DNA from: Octopus vulgaris
Taxonomy: Eukaryota
Assembly: GCA_951406725.2 (NCBI GenBank)
Contig: OX597820.1
Location: 18,910,001-18,974,000 of the forward strand
DNA length: 64,000 nt
Direction of reading: 5' to 3'
Numbering within the stretch: the first letter of the stretch is position 1; every line of letters begins with the position of its first letter. The notes under the pieces were generated by a model. That model saw only the letters and a list, made by a program, of their open reading frames with translations, ran no database searches and was not told where the DNA came from. Below, one piece after another: positions 1-12,471 of this stretch. The position numbers and the translations under genes were made by a program.

Positions 1-115
1 GTGTTATATTATAAGGCACAAAAAGAAAATGACTCTCCCCAGACACAGCAGAATATGCTTCAACACACGAACTCATATAAAGAATCTTGCAAACCAAATC
101 CAAAATCGAAATATC
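1..115 (+). repeat. Partial copy of the repeat also at ~2739-2853 (3' part of an HHR-associated element)
   Basis: gtgttatattataaggcacaaaaagaaaatgactctccccagac...aaccaaatccaaaatcgaaatat matches 2739-2853 with few mismatches. Confidence 0.8.
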
Positions 116-1840
116 ATGTTATGTTCTCTAGTTTTAATTAAAAAAAAAAGTTTTTCGTTTAAAGGCAAAAGTAAGCCAATGATTCGTTTATTTCATATTA
201 TAATTAAATTTTTAAAAGTTTCATTCGAACTCGTATAACAGTTTTGTATTTGTCTGTCTTGTTATGTCCTTTTCTAGGTTCGATCTCATGATCATAATAA
301 AGATTTTATCTCTTCTCTTTGAAGTTTTTAGGTATTCTCACTCACTCTTTCTCGTCTTCATATGCACATCTTTTTCGGAGTCCCATTCACGAAGCAATAA
401 AGGCAAGGTAACAAAGCAACCATTTCGGTATTTTTTGCATCTGCAACTGACTCATTCATGCTCATCTGAACAAACTCACATCCGTTTTTCTCGATTCATA
501 TGGTAAAATGGTCTGTTGTGGATTGTTAGTTTACATACAGGCATCTTGAAACAACGATTTTAAAAACGATATTCGAGATGGTTGTTTTTCGATTGAATTG
601 CTAGTAGAAAAATACATCGTATTTGGACCTAGAACGATAAGGTATTTACTGACGAGACCCAGTGAAATATCAAGTGTGTTCTGCTCGGCCTTAACCACCA
701 AATTGTATTGGATATCGTCGTGTATTCTGGGGTAATTTCCATTCACAACTAAGCTGCCTTAAAGGAATATTAAACTGACAACAGTACTCGTAAATAAAAG
801 AAAAATAAATAAGAAAACTGATATTTTATCGACTCTGGAAGAATGAAAAGAAAAGTTTACATCGGCGATATTATAATACAATGCTTAAAGAGTGTAGGCA
901 TTTTGTCCAACGCTCGAAAAATTCTGTCAGTAAGTTTTGTTTCGACGAGGCACAATCCAAAAAGTGTGCAATTAGATTAAGTGAACACCTTTAACTGAGA
1001 GCGGTGTAGCGAATCGCTTCTAAGATTCTTAGCCAAGATTCGAAACCTAGCCTAGATTTTTCTACAAGTTCCTTTCTATTGTTCGTGGAATCAGTACTAG
1101 GAAATTTATGAGTTAACAGTAAACTTGTGAGCTTTTGATTCAAACTTAGGTCAAGGCAGGCAACAGACGAAAATTCCTTTGTTTAACCTGACCTAATTTA
1201 GCTAGGAAAAAATATAAATACGGAACCTAAATTCAGTTAGTTCTTCCTTTTGTTTTATTGCCGGCAGAAGAAGCACCTCATACGAGGTACCACACAACTT
1301 TCACCCTCTCTATTTGTCTAAATTCTTTTAACCTTCCTCTCTCCTGCTTTCAGTCCTTCTCCTAGCAGTCGACAAAGATGAATTTAACTACCTACAGAAT
1401 GGATAGCAAAATGGCAAATAATCTGTGTACAACAAGTCGAAGTTATAGCTTACATCTTAACAATCATATATAAAGACTCTATCAATTAATAATCTCTCTA
1501 CCTGTCATTTATCAGCTACGTATAATCGTTACAGTGGAAACTGCATCACAGTCTCAGCTAACCAGATGTTTTTCTTTTCCGGCTCTTGACATTGCTTTGT
1601 GATATAACAAAGTCGCTGTTTTTTGGTACTGAGGTGTGTTGTGTCATTGTCGAGGTTGATGTTACTGTATTAATCGTGGTATGAAATCAGGCTGGCTACG
1701 TATATTACAACAGAGGCTAGCCCATGGACATTTACCAACCGATTATGTCATGGGAAGGTTAAGCATGTGTCATCATCATCAAGATCTCTTAACTGATGCA
1801 GACGGTTTTTGGGGTGCCATGCTAGATGCCTTCAAGCGTG

Positions 1841-2237
1841 TATTCTTTTATTCTTTTACTTGTTTCAGTCATTTGACTGTGGCCATGCTGGAGCACTGCC
1901 TTTAGTCGAGCAAATCGACCCCAGGATTTATTCTTTGTTAGCCTAGTTCTTATTCTATCAGTCTCTTTTGCCAAACCGCTAAGTTACAGTGACGCAAACA
2001 CACCAGCATCAGTTGTCAAGAGATGTTGGGGGGACAAACATAGACACACATACACACACACAAATATATATATACGATGGGCTTCTTTCAGCTTCCGTCT
2101 ACCAAATCCACTCACAAGGCTTTGGTCAGCCCAAGGCTATGGTAGAAGACACTTGCCCAAGGTACCACGTAGTGGGACTGAACCCGGAACCATGTGGTTG
2201 GTAAGCAAGCTACTTACCACACAGCCACTCCTGCACC
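1841..2237 (-). mobile_element. tRNA-derived SINE family A, near full length
   Basis: Minus-strand head GGTGCAGGAGTGGCTGTGTGGTAAGTAGCTTGC...GGTTCAGTCCC, internal (TA)/(TG) tract, tail TGACTGAAACAAGTAAAAGAATAAAAG; many copies in window. Confidence 0.9.
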
Positions 2238-2510
2238 TATGTATACATACATAAATTATCAAATCCTCACTGATAAAGAGACTAGGATGTAGGGATCGAC
2301 TTAATTGTATTTGTATGATCATTTGTTGTCTGGATAATGAGAGACAGAAAGATTTGAGCCTGCTGAAACTCATTAAAGTCTTTCTTGATTTGCTTGGAGA
2401 GAGCCGAAATTTGTCCTGCTTGAAAAACCATTAACACTCAGGGATCATTTAGGCACCAAATAGCTTAACTAGCGAAATGGAGTGTGAATTTCAAGAACAT
2501 TTGAGATGAT

Positions 2511-2782
2511 GTCTGGGGAGAGTCATTTTCTTTTTGTGCCTTATAATTTAACACACTCACCGGTAAAATTTTCACTTATTTCTTATTTTTATTTTCCTAA
2601 AACAAACAAACAAGCAAAAACAAAAAGGAATGTAGTGTAAATAACGGAGAGAGTCAAGACTATTGAAAAGGTTGCAAGATGCAACGAAAATTTTAGGAAA
2701 ATAAAAATAAGAAATAAGTAGAAATTTTACCGGTGAGTGTGTTAAATTATAAGGCACAAAAAGAAAATGACTCTCCCCAGAC
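2511..2782. mobile_element. Inverted repeat (~92-bp arms 2511-2602 / 2691-2782) with decayed HHR-like motif at the inner junction
   Basis: Arms are near-perfect reverse complements; spacer ends with cta-TTGAAAA-g-GTTGCA-aga-TGCAAC-GAAA-atTT-tag (2660-2696). Confidence 0.75.
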
Positions 2783-3290
2783 AAAACAGAATATGTTTCA
2801 AAACACGAACTCATATAAAGAATCTTGCAAACCAAATCCAAAAACGAAATATTTGAGATGATATTCATGGCATGACTTCCAGCTGATTGGTCTATTCTTA
2901 GGTTATTCACATGAGAATGGTGTGTTTCATTCATGACAGCAAACTGGTAATTTCACGTTTGAAGTTCAAATCTGTATTGGAAATATTTAGCAATCTGACC
3001 TCTATTTCTAATGTCATTCTTCGCTAGAATATTACCCACATAATCAAAAAAATTTGTCCAATTAAGATTTCACCTAGAACAGGCTTTACCAACAATTCCA
3101 TCTTTTCGCATCTTTCTCTCTGAGCCTATTCATCACTGTAAGTTAGGTACTCCTTAGATACTTTGACAGAGACGGTAGATAATAGCTGACCCAAGCTGAC
3201 AACAAACGCAATGGATGGTCAGTGGACGAAAAACATTCAAAATCAATAGCATGACAAGCAGCTAACCACAATGAATGATCAGTAACAGCA

Positions 3291-3704
3291 GTGGAGGCGC
3301 AATGGCCCAGTGGTTAGGGCAGCGGACTCGCGGTCGGAGGAACGCGGTTTCGATTCCCAGACCGGGCGTTGTGTGTGTGTTTATTGAGCGAAAACACCTA
3401 AAACTCCACGAGGCTCCAGCATGGGGTGGTGGTGACCCCTGTTGTACTCTTTCACCCCAACTTTCTCTCACTCTTTCTTCCTGTTTCTTGTCCCCAACTT
3501 CCTACGCAACAGCTGAGCCTGGATGTGCATTCATCCATCCGTCGATGCTCTCGATGTCGGGGGTTGACCTGCTTTCTCTTCTGTGGGTCTTACGAATAGC
3601 AAAGGACCACATTTCAGACTTCTCCCACTACAGACAATCCTGAGGCGCGATCTTGCAAGCTCTGGGGCGAAGACCGCTTCGCTCAACAAACAAACAAACA
3701 AACA
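3291..3704 (+). mobile_element. tRNA-derived SINE family B with (AAAC)n tail and probable TSD
   Basis: Head GTGGAGGCGCAATGGCCCAGTGGTTAGGGCAGCGGACTCGCGG...GGTTTCGATTCCC (A/B boxes); flanks atcagtaacagca / atcagcaaccgca. Confidence 0.85.
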
Positions 3705-4039
3705 ATCAGCAACCGCAACACAACTAGTAGTTAACCTTTTGGCTACTGCTACTACCACATCAACCCAAGAACAATGATATCCAAACTCTATCAATGTTCT
3801 GTAGTTCATTGCTTTTTGTTTACATAAAGAATAAATATTTTGCGAATCATAAATCTCAACACACATCAGTTTTCTTCTTCATAACAAACCCTTACAATAA
3901 CTTCCTTTTCCATATCGCAAGCACCATGTTGTAGAAATAAGCCTACATCAGTCTGATAGCACGTCACAATTTCTTTCAATCCTTGACCGAAGTCACCTAA
4001 GTTCCATTCTGTCTTTAATGCACGAAGACCTGTTGAGGT

Positions 4040-4476
4040 AAGTGAAATTGAAATCAAATTCAATGACTAGCATCCGTGCTAGTAGAGTGCTAAGAGAACC
4101 ATCTGAGCAGCTAATTGGCTTCGCACCATTCGAGTGTGATCGTTACCAGCGTCGCCTTACTGGCACATGAAAACACATTCGAGCAAGGTTGTTGCCAGTG
4201 CCGCTGGTCTAGCTCCTGTGCAGGTGGCACATAAAAAACACCATTTGAGCATCATCATTGCCAGAGCAGCTAACTGGCTTTCATGACGGTGGCACGTAAA
4301 AGCACCCACTACACTCTCAGAGTGGTTGACGTTAGGAAGGGCATCCAGCTGTAGAAATTCTGCCAGATCAGATTGGAGCCTGGTGCAGCCATCTGGTTCG
4401 CCAGTCCTCAGTCAAATCGTCCAACCCATGCCAGCATGGAAAGCGGACATTAAACAATGATGATGATGATGATGAT
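4040..4476 (+). mobile_element. Repeat family D (RTE-type 3' tail, internal short repeats)
   Basis: Ends GTTAGGAAGGGCATCCAGCTGTAGAAA...GGAAAGCGGACATTAAACAA(TGA)n; other copies at 7275, 10088, 27022, 28558, 61655. Confidence 0.8.
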
Positions 4477-5016
4477 TTTGATTTCCTATAAATGCAAGAC
4501 TATTGTTGTAGCATTTATCCTTTAAATACGTCAATCATTGAACTGCAGCCATGCTGGAGCACCACCTTAAAGGATTTTTAGTTGAACATATCGTTCTCCT
4601 TACTAATTCTTTAAAAACTCACACTTATTCTGTTGGTCTCTTTTGCCAAACCGCTAAGTTACAAAGACAAAAACAAACCAACTAGCTATGGGAGGAAGAT
4701 AAATATATGATTATAACATATATGTTTATAAATATGACAGGCTTTCACACAGTTTCGCTTATAAGGCATTGGTCGACCTGGAGTTATAGTAGAAGACACT
4801 TGTCCAAGATACTGTGTGGTGGGACTGAACCCATAATCAAATGGTTGCAAAGCGACCTTCTTAACCACACGGCCATGCCTGCTCTGATATAAATCACTAT
4901 TATTACAGATATCAATTCTTAGTCTGGAAAATTGCCCGCTCTTAGCAATATTGGCTGGAAAAAAAAAAGCAAAAAGGAAAGAAATAGTAACAATGTCCAT
5001 TTTATATCTTTGGAGT

Positions 5017-5190
5017 TCATTTCAGCCGCTGCTGGAATCTCTGTTTGAGTCTTCTGAGATTTGTGACAGATTCTCTGGGTGGTGCAGGAAATTGTGAAAT
5101 GGCGATCTCCTTGTAATGATTTTTGATTGCACAGAAAAGCATACAACAAAGCTTAAAAACATGCGAATATATTCTTGGCAGTATCTTCTG
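5017..5190 (-). other. Candidate exon of an unidentified minus-strand transcript
   Basis: Unique sequence; tacag/cag tandem acceptor at 5191; frame QKILPRIYSHVFKLCCMLF...QQRLK* open to TGA 5017-5019; no recognised homology. Confidence 0.25.
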
Positions 5191-5652
5191 CTGTATTTGT
5201 AGTAATATAAGATTAATCACATAATCATTTATTTGTATATATATTTTTTTGAAAATAGGAAACGTGCTTTCTATCATTTATACTTTATATCTATTTCTTT
5301 ACTGCCCACAAGGGGCTAAACACAGAGGACAAACAAGCACCCGCTTCTTTAAAGAATACATACATATGTACACACACTCACACACACACACATATATATA
5401 CCAACTTCTTTTTTACACTTGACCGTTGACATGTTTTGTCACGTCTTTCCTGGGCTCTCGCTTTCTCTTTTACCCTTAACACTGAGTTCGTTTTCTTTCC
5501 TCACCTTTCATTGTAACTTTCACTCTATCTTTTCACCTCTCTACTTTCCTGTTCCAGTCCTATAGCACCTCATTTTCTATTGCATCCCTTATACATATGT
5601 CTTGTCCTATTGCTGTCTCAGAGTCGTAAGACCTATATTTTGATTGTATATA

Positions 5653-6175
5653 CTGCAAATCCTCGAAGATAGTTTGCTCTTGAGTATAATACACAAAGGA
5701 TTTTTAGGGGGCTGTACCCCTGAAAAACCTAAACCTTGTGTATAATACATACCCTTTCTCTAACTTGAGTTGTGCGCGATTAAGCCAGCAGCACCTAGTC
5801 GAACAAACACTTCCTCGCATGCGTAATACAATAATGGTGATGTTCTTAACTGTTATATGGGAATTGTAAATATGTTTGAAAATTGTTTTTGTTACATGTT
5901 ATTCTGTGTTCTGAATACTTTTATTTTAATAAATGTTGCTTACTGCAAGTTATGGATGATTCTTTTATGACTTCATTGCTTTCAGACTTAGCTTAAGGTA
6001 TTTTCGCACCCAACATCACAAAATGCGTCTGAATAAACATTGCCAGACAGCAAATATAGACTCGGATATTGCTTAGAAAATACTTTTCATTTTTAACCTC
6101 GTATATAGTACGCACTAGGGATTTTGACCTTTAAATTTTGGGAAAAAAATGTGGATTATACTCAAGGATTTATGG
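5653..6175 (+). mobile_element. Non-autonomous pogo/Tigger-like DNA transposon (TA-flanked)
   Basis: Degenerate TIRs ta-ctgcaaatcctcga... / ...tatactcaaggatttatgg-ta; body shared with 22503-23015. Confidence 0.8.
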
Positions 6176-6191
6176 TAGTCGTACCCTCTAC

Positions 6192-6410
6192 CTGGATCAT
6201 GTTTGTTTTCGTCATCATCCCCCATGTTCGCTCATTATTCCCAGCAGCTTTTTTTTTTACTATTGATGCCACCAAAATGAATGATATTATCATTAAAGGA
6301 GTGAAATTGTAATGACTCTTGGATGTAACTAACAAGGGAAGGGCATGATCATGGCTTGTGTGTGAAATTTTCATTTGCTCCTTTGTCGTGCTTCTGTTCA
6401 ATTTTTTAAC
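6192..6410 (-). other. Candidate 219-nt exon (AG...GT, phase 0, open frame)
   Basis: tttag|GTTAAAAAATTG...ATGATCCAG|gtagag; 73 open codons; weak polypyrimidine tract; no recognised homology. Confidence 0.25.
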
Positions 6411-7090
6411 CTAAATATCTAGGCTGTGTGTGTGTGTGTGTGTATGTGTGTGTGTGTGTGTGTGTGCATGTAAAGTTTTCATTTTCTTGGGTATCTGAAT
6501 GCTCTTACACCAAGTAAATACTCGCCACAAAACACATAAAGACTTAATTTCTGTCATTGGACATTATTTTTTTCTGCAGACAGCCATCCTGGAAGGGGAA
6601 ATTTTGTGGTATTTCATCTTTCGAAAAAAAAAAAAGATGTATTTGAAATGTGTTCAAAATACTGCTTTGAAAAGCCATTGAAGACATAATTCTGAAAAGA
6701 TTCCATTGAAAATTGGCACAAAGCCATAAAAGTTATGAAGGGCAATTGTCGAGTAAATCGACCTGTAGTACATCACAAGTACAAACACAAACACACACAC
6801 ACACATACCGAAAGAAGGGCTATGAAGTGAGACACGTAACCAAAGATCGGACTCAGTCATGAGTTCCTAACTGCACTTCAGTATATGATGTTGTGTGATG
6901 CGGGGCAACAACGTCAGGATAGGATGGCGTGCAGAAAGCCTGCGTATCCCGAGGTCGCATTAGACAAAGAATAAAGATTTTCTTACATTTATCATGTCTT
7001 TTAACTTTTACTTGCTTCAGACATTAGACTATGGCCATGCTGGAGCACTGTTTTGAAGAAGTTTTTAGTCGAATGAATCAACTTCAGTAC

Positions 7091-7124
<34 letters not shown>

Positions 7125-7274
7125 TATTATTGCATTCAGTTTTGAAGCCAACATTTTTCTCACTCAACACAGGTACATTATAATAACAATAATAGTGATA
7201 ATAATAATAATTATTATTGCTATCATCATCATCATCAACAACAACAACCTCATCATCATCATTATTATTATTGA

Positions 7275-7790
7275 CTTAGAGAGCAGTGCATGCCATCAAA
7301 ATGTCACATCTGTGCTAGTGGAGCACTAAGAGCACCATCCGAGCTTCTGTGCTGGTGGCACGTAAAAAGCACCATTTGAGCGTGCTTGTTACCAGCATTG
7401 CCTTACTGGCACTTGTGCTGGTGCTTCGAGAAAAACGTTTGAGCGAGGTCGTTGCCAGTGCCGTTGGACTGGCTCCTGTGCAGGTGGCATGTAAAAAACA
7501 CCATTTGAGTGTGGCCATTGCCAGTACAACCTGACTGGCCTTCATGCCGGTGACACATAAAAGCACCCACTACACTCTTGGAGTGATTGGCATTAGGAAG
7601 GGCATCCAGTTGTAGAAACTCTGCCAGATCAGATTGGAGCCTGGTGCAGTCATCTGGTTCACCAGTCCTCAGTCAAATCATCCAACCCATGCTAGCACAG
7701 AAAGCGGACGTTAAACGACATGATGATGATGATGATGATGATGATGATGGTGATGGTGATGGTGATGGTGATGATGATGGTGATGATGAT
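7275..7790 (+). mobile_element. Repeat family D with expanded (GAT/GGT)n tail
   Basis: Same body and 3' end as 4040-4476. Confidence 0.8.
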
Positions 7791-7880
7791 GTTATTGTGG
7801 TTGGTAAGCAAGCTAACTTAACTTTTCAAATTCCTTTACAGATATATTATTATTATTATTATTATTAATTATTATTATTT

Positions 7881-8535
7881 AGGCAGCAAACAGACAAAAT
7901 CATTTGCACGCCAAGAAAAAATGCTTAGCGGCATTTCGTCTGCGTTTACATTCAAAGTTCAAATTCCGCTGAGATCGTCTTTGCCTTTCATCTCTACGAG
8001 GTTGATAATTTAAGTACCAGTAAAACACTGGGATTGATGTAATCGACTAGTCCCCTCCGCCAAAATTTGAGGCCTTGTGCTTCCAGTAGAAAGGGTCATT
8101 ATTATCATTAGCACCCCAGGTGAAATGCTTACCAGTATTTTGTCTGCCACTACATTCTGAGGTCAACTTTTCCTTTCATCTTTTTGAGGTCAATAAATTA
8201 AGTACCAGTTGCATACTTCGGTCAATCTAATAGAGTGGCCCTTTCCCCCAAAACTTCAGGTCTTATACCTATAGTAGAAAGGATTCTTCTTCTTCTTCTT
8301 CTTCTTCTTCTTCTCATTATTATTATTATTATTATTTATCATTATTAAGGTGGTGAGCTGGCAGACTTGTTAGCACACGAGGGAAAATGTTTTGCACCAT
8401 TTCGTTCGTCTTTACGTTCTGAGTTCAAATTCCACCAAGGTCAAATTTGCCTTTAATTCTTTCGGGGTCGATAAAACCAGTCCCAGTTGACCAATGGGAT
8501 CGATGAAATTGCAGGCTTTGGGCCAAAAATTGAAA
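7881..8535 (+). mobile_element. Cluster of three SINE family C copies separated by (TTA)/(TTC) tracts
   Basis: Recurrent ...GAGTTCAAATTCC...GGTCAACTTTGCCTTTCATC...GGTCGATAAA.TAAGTACCAG core, resembling the conserved central domain of Meta/Sauria-type SINEs. Confidence 0.75.
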
Positions 8536-8710
8536 CCAGCTTATCTCCTCAGTAACGAATAGATTCCAAGGAGAACTAGTGGTAAAAGTACCCCTGGTAT
8601 CAAGGAATTTTTTTAACCATTGTTTCAAACCATAGAAATAATGTGCTATGCTGCAGTTTTGATATGTTTGCACCCGAAAACAGAACCACCGGTACAGGGG
8701 TATTTAACTT

Positions 8711-9186
8711 CATACATCAGCCTTGCATTGTTCGTCTTCTTTTCCCAATTATGCTTACTGAATACAGCCACGGTGTACTATCATGTTGATAGTTCAGTTA
8801 GTGATGATCCAAAATTCTTCCACTGCTGAAACAACAACATCATTTCTTCAATGATAGAAGGGTACCATGGCTATTTTTCTTTAGACGCCTCTAGATTTTA
8901 GCCCCGCAAAGCGATCACCAAATTTGCTTGGTGTGCAGCACTGGACCTATCCGATGTGATAAGTAAATCTCAGGTCGGTTGAAATAAGGCGATCCTATCT
9001 CTAGTGATGGTCAATAGCACAAACCAATGTTGACAATCTAGTGAGTCAGAGTACATCTATTATTTGTTGTATCTGATGAATTATCGAGGATGTAAATGGT
9101 CATAGGTCAGCGAGTAAAGTGATCGATAGCAATCAATATGCATGAATAACAGATTCAAGGCAAGTAGCGAGCCAACAATAAGGACA
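8711..9186. repeat. Dispersed repeat of unknown class, second copy 12068-12998
   Basis: catacatcagccttgcattgttcgtcttc...gccaacaataaggaca present twice; second copy is split by a SINE. Confidence 0.75.
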
Positions 9187-9238
9187 TCATGACTGACCAT
9201 AAATTTTAAGTTCCTAATATATATATGTATATATATAT

Positions 9239-9846
9239 ATTCAACAATATAAGGAATGGCCATAATAGGACATTCGACTCACAAGAAAGAGCAGCCAAAC
9301 TCAAACCGCTAAATAGTTGTAATTCTGAAATAGAAAGAGAATGGTAGCAGAGAATTTTTTCTAGAATTTTTTGCTACCCTTATATTTATTAATTAATGAT
9401 TTTTTGGCTAATTTTGAAATTAAATCAGCAGTTTATATTTGTTGCTGAGAAGACCGCGTTATTGCAGTGGAATTTTGAAAATTTAGAACATATAGACTGG
9501 AGGCTTCTTTACCATCGCCTCGTGGACATATACTCGTCCTTGGCTTCTCTGCTGACGAGGCACGCCAGTTGTAAATAAATTTAATTTAATTTAATTAATT
9601 TGTTTACCAAAGTTTGCCGAAACTATGCATAGTCCAGAGATGAAAGGGGTAAACAATTTTATTTCTCTTTCTATTTCAGAATTACAACTATTTAGTGGTT
9701 TGAGTTTGGCTGCTCTTTCTAGTGAGTCGAATGTGCTATTATGGCCATTCCTTATATTGTTGAATGTATATTATATAGTCTTTGACTATCTTTTCTTTCT
9801 CACTAGACCGCTGGTAGCGGAGAATTTTTTGCTACCCTTATATTTA

Positions 9847-9853
<7 letters not shown>
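9239..9853 (+). mobile_element. Penelope-like/retrozyme-like non-coding element in (TA)n: inverted arm + terminal direct repeat + HHR
   Basis: 9239-9341 is the reverse complement of 9663-9765; 9342-9395 directly repeats 9812-9853; canonical HHR inside; TA tracts on both sides. Confidence 0.75.
9546..9640 (+). ncRNA. Type I hammerhead ribozyme, canonical core
   Basis: Stem I TCTCTG/CAGAGA; CTGACGA (9552-9558); stem II GGCA/TGCC with long AT-rich extension; GAAA (9619-9622); palindromic stem III ACTATGCATAGT; GUC site, predicted cut after 9634. Confidence 0.9.
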
Positions 9854-9878
<25 letters not shown>

Positions 9879-9968
9879 GCATGTATATATATGTATATAT
9901 ATATATGTGTATATATGTGTATATATATATATATTTATATGAAAATCAAAGTGTACAGTATTATGTAT

Positions 9969-10053
9969 CCATTACCAATTGGTTTCATATTAGGGGTTCA
10001 ACGAAATGTTCAGTAACAGTCTGATTATGTAACCCTTTGCTCTTCAGTGATGG
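9969..10053 (-). ncRNA. Type I hammerhead-like motif, partly decayed
   Basis: ccat(ca)-CTGAAGA-long stem II (gggtt/aaccc)-GAAA-CCAATTGG-TA-atgg; stem III ACCAATTGGT is palindromic; stem I has 2 extra nt. Confidence 0.55.
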
Positions 10054-10087
10054 CAGATATGGAATGATATACATATACATATATATA

Positions 10088-10414
10088 TCATCATCATCCT
10101 CGTTTAACGTCCGTTTTCCACGCTAGCACAGGTTGGACGGTTCGACAGGGGTCTGGGAAGCCAGGATGCTGCACCAGGCTCCAGTCTGATCTGACAGTGT
10201 TTCTACAGCTGGATGCCCTTCCTAACGCTAACCACTCCGTGAGTGTAGTGGGTGCTTTTTACGTGCCACCGGCACAGGTGCCAGGGGAGGCTGGCAGTGG
10301 CCATGATCGGTTGGTGCGTATTATGTGTCACCGGCACAGAAGCCAGTCAAGGCGGCGCTGGCATCGGCCACGTTCTGATGGTGCTTTTTACGTACCACCA
10401 GCACAGGAATCACA

Positions 10415-10420
<6 letters not shown>
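10088..10420 (-). mobile_element. Repeat family D
   Basis: (CAT)n-cgtttaacgtccgttttcca...ggatgcccttcctaacg, with internal ggtgcttttacgtgccaccggcac repeats. Confidence 0.8.
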
Positions 10421-10448
<28 letters not shown>

Positions 10449-10477
10449 CTTTATTTAAAGCAGCAGAAAATTCAAAA

Positions 10478-10516
10478 TTTGTTACTCTGAGTTTCTCGTT
10501 GCCGTTCATCAGACAG
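10478..10516 (-). ncRNA. Minimal type I hammerhead-like motif (second copy 29446-29482)
   Basis: tgt-CTGATGA-acg-GCAA-cga-GAAA-ctcagaG-TA-aca; closing stem II pair mismatched; TA-flanked ~80-bp unit. Confidence 0.55.
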
Positions 10517-10830
10517 TTTTTGCTATATATAAATATACACACACACACACATGAGATATTAGCGACAAAAACAATAGCAGTACCAAATAGCAATCTTTAC
10601 ATCCTTCATAACCGTAGATATATTGTATGAACACTGCAATACTGCGGTATTTGTCTTGAGTGACCATCATCTATCTTGCAGCCTAACACTACACACACAC
10701 AAAACACACGTATATATTTATATAGTTAATCCAAACATGAACAAGCAAGAAAAAACAACAATGCGAGGAAGTGGAATAAGTACAGTGTTATCGGACGCTC
10801 AGGAAAGGAAAGGAAAGAAAAGAAAGAGGA

Positions 10831-10864
10831 TTTCATGTTTTGAGTGGAGCCTCTTTGTCAGAAA
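10831..10864 (-). ncRNA. Decayed HHR-like motif (similar to 32434 and 59844)
   Basis: ttt-CTGACAA-a-GAG-gctcca-CTC-AAAA-catg-aaa; core changes fit CpG-to-CpA decay. Confidence 0.3.
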
Positions 10865-12471
10865 TATAGAAAAAGTCCAAAGAAGGGGAGACAGAGAAAG
10901 AATATATATATATATATCAAGCGTGTGCGTGTGTGTGTGTCTATTTTCATTTTAAGAGAATTCGTATGTTAGTCTGATCGGAAATTGAATAATAGATGAT
11001 GACTTCACCATTTTAAGTGGCAAGAGCTAAAATACCAGAGTCATCATCCATTATTCAAATTCTGATTGAATGGGTATGAATATATTTGCACGAAACCTAT
11101 GGTATCAGACTATTGAATTCTATGGGAATAAATTATTTATCCATTCATGCAGTGCTGAAAGCTTGCTCTTCCAGTTCGTCACTAACATACAGAAATGCTA
11201 ATGTCTCAGTTTAGCAACTGCAACATAATCCAACAATATACTTCAGCAGGTGTGTGTGTGTGTGTGTAGTTAAGAAGCTTGCTTCCAAGTATGAGGTTCA
11301 GTTTCGAATCCCTGCTTCATTACTGCACGATAATGTACCATGGAGTATTGATGGTGGTACAAATTCTTTGATGATGGAAGAAGTTTTCAAATGAGGATGG
11401 AAATGTTTACCAAACCATAGAATTCTGTTGGAACTCTGTTATTTTGATCTTAATACAACACTTTGGGCAAATGTCTTCTACTATAGCCTTGGGCTGACCA
11501 AAGCCTTGTGATTGGATTTGGCAGATAGAAATGGAAAGCGGTCTGTCGTGTATATATATTATCTTAGTAATTCTTATGTGACCTCTGTATGATCATTTTA
11601 CCCTTTCGTTTTTCTCCCTTTCTCTCTCTTATTCTTTTACCTCCTCTTCTCCCACTATTCTATTCTATTACTCTGTCACTCTCTCTCGCTCCTCCATCCT
11701 TGCTCACGTGGATCCCACGTGACCATCAGCCATCTTTCTTTCTTCTCCTATCTTGTGTTTCTTTCCTTCTCTCCGTTGTAGCTGGAACAAAGAAGACATG
11801 TTCTTGTTTGTCTCCTGTCCAAGCTTCATTTATGCGTTCGCCACCACAACCTCGTTTAGGCTTAGCAACCCTTCCTCTTTGTTTTCACTGTCCTGTTTGT
11901 GTTACCAATTTTGACCCTCATCAAAAGCCTGAATTTTATTTAATTTGCTTTGCAGGAGCAACTGTTTTATCGAAAGCCTATATTGCTGTTAAATGCTCGA
12001 AATACAAGACTAGAAAAACAGGCAACAACTGATGAAGGTCATTCTTTAATATGTTCGCATCCGAAAACATACATCAGCCTTGCATTGTTCGTCTTCTTTT
12101 CCCAATTATGCTTAGTGAATACAACCACAAGCAGTAGCTCATAATATACAGTGTACTATCATGTTGATAGTTCAGTTAGTGATGATCCAAAATTCTTCCA
12201 CTACTGAAACAACAACATCATTTCTTTAATGATAGAAGGGTACCATGGCTATTTTTCTTCAGATGCCTCTAGATTTCAGCCCCCCAAAGCAATCACCAAA
12301 TTTTCTTGGTGTGCAGCATTGGACCTATCCGAAACGATAAGTAAATCTCGGGTCGGTTGAAATAGGGCGATGCTATCTCTAGCAATGGTTGATTGCACAT
12401 ACCTATGTTGACGAGCTAGTGAGTCAGAATATGTCTATTATTTATTATATGCGATTATTTATTTATTTGTA

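Noticed and set aside
3294-3366. Functional tRNA genes at SINE B and SINE A heads
   Set aside because: Attached to SINE bodies in multiple diverged copies
5021-5192. Alternative frame SRRYCQEYIRMFLSFVVCF resembling a GPCR helix-8 tail
   Set aside because: No transmembrane-coding exons found upstream; resemblance too weak
8711-9186. Mariner transposase remnant (VVVSAVEEF on minus strand)
   Set aside because: Only a short motif resemblance; no TIR or catalytic motifs confirmed
12026-12080. CTGATGA...GAAA possible HHR
   Set aside because: No convincing stem I, II or III pairing
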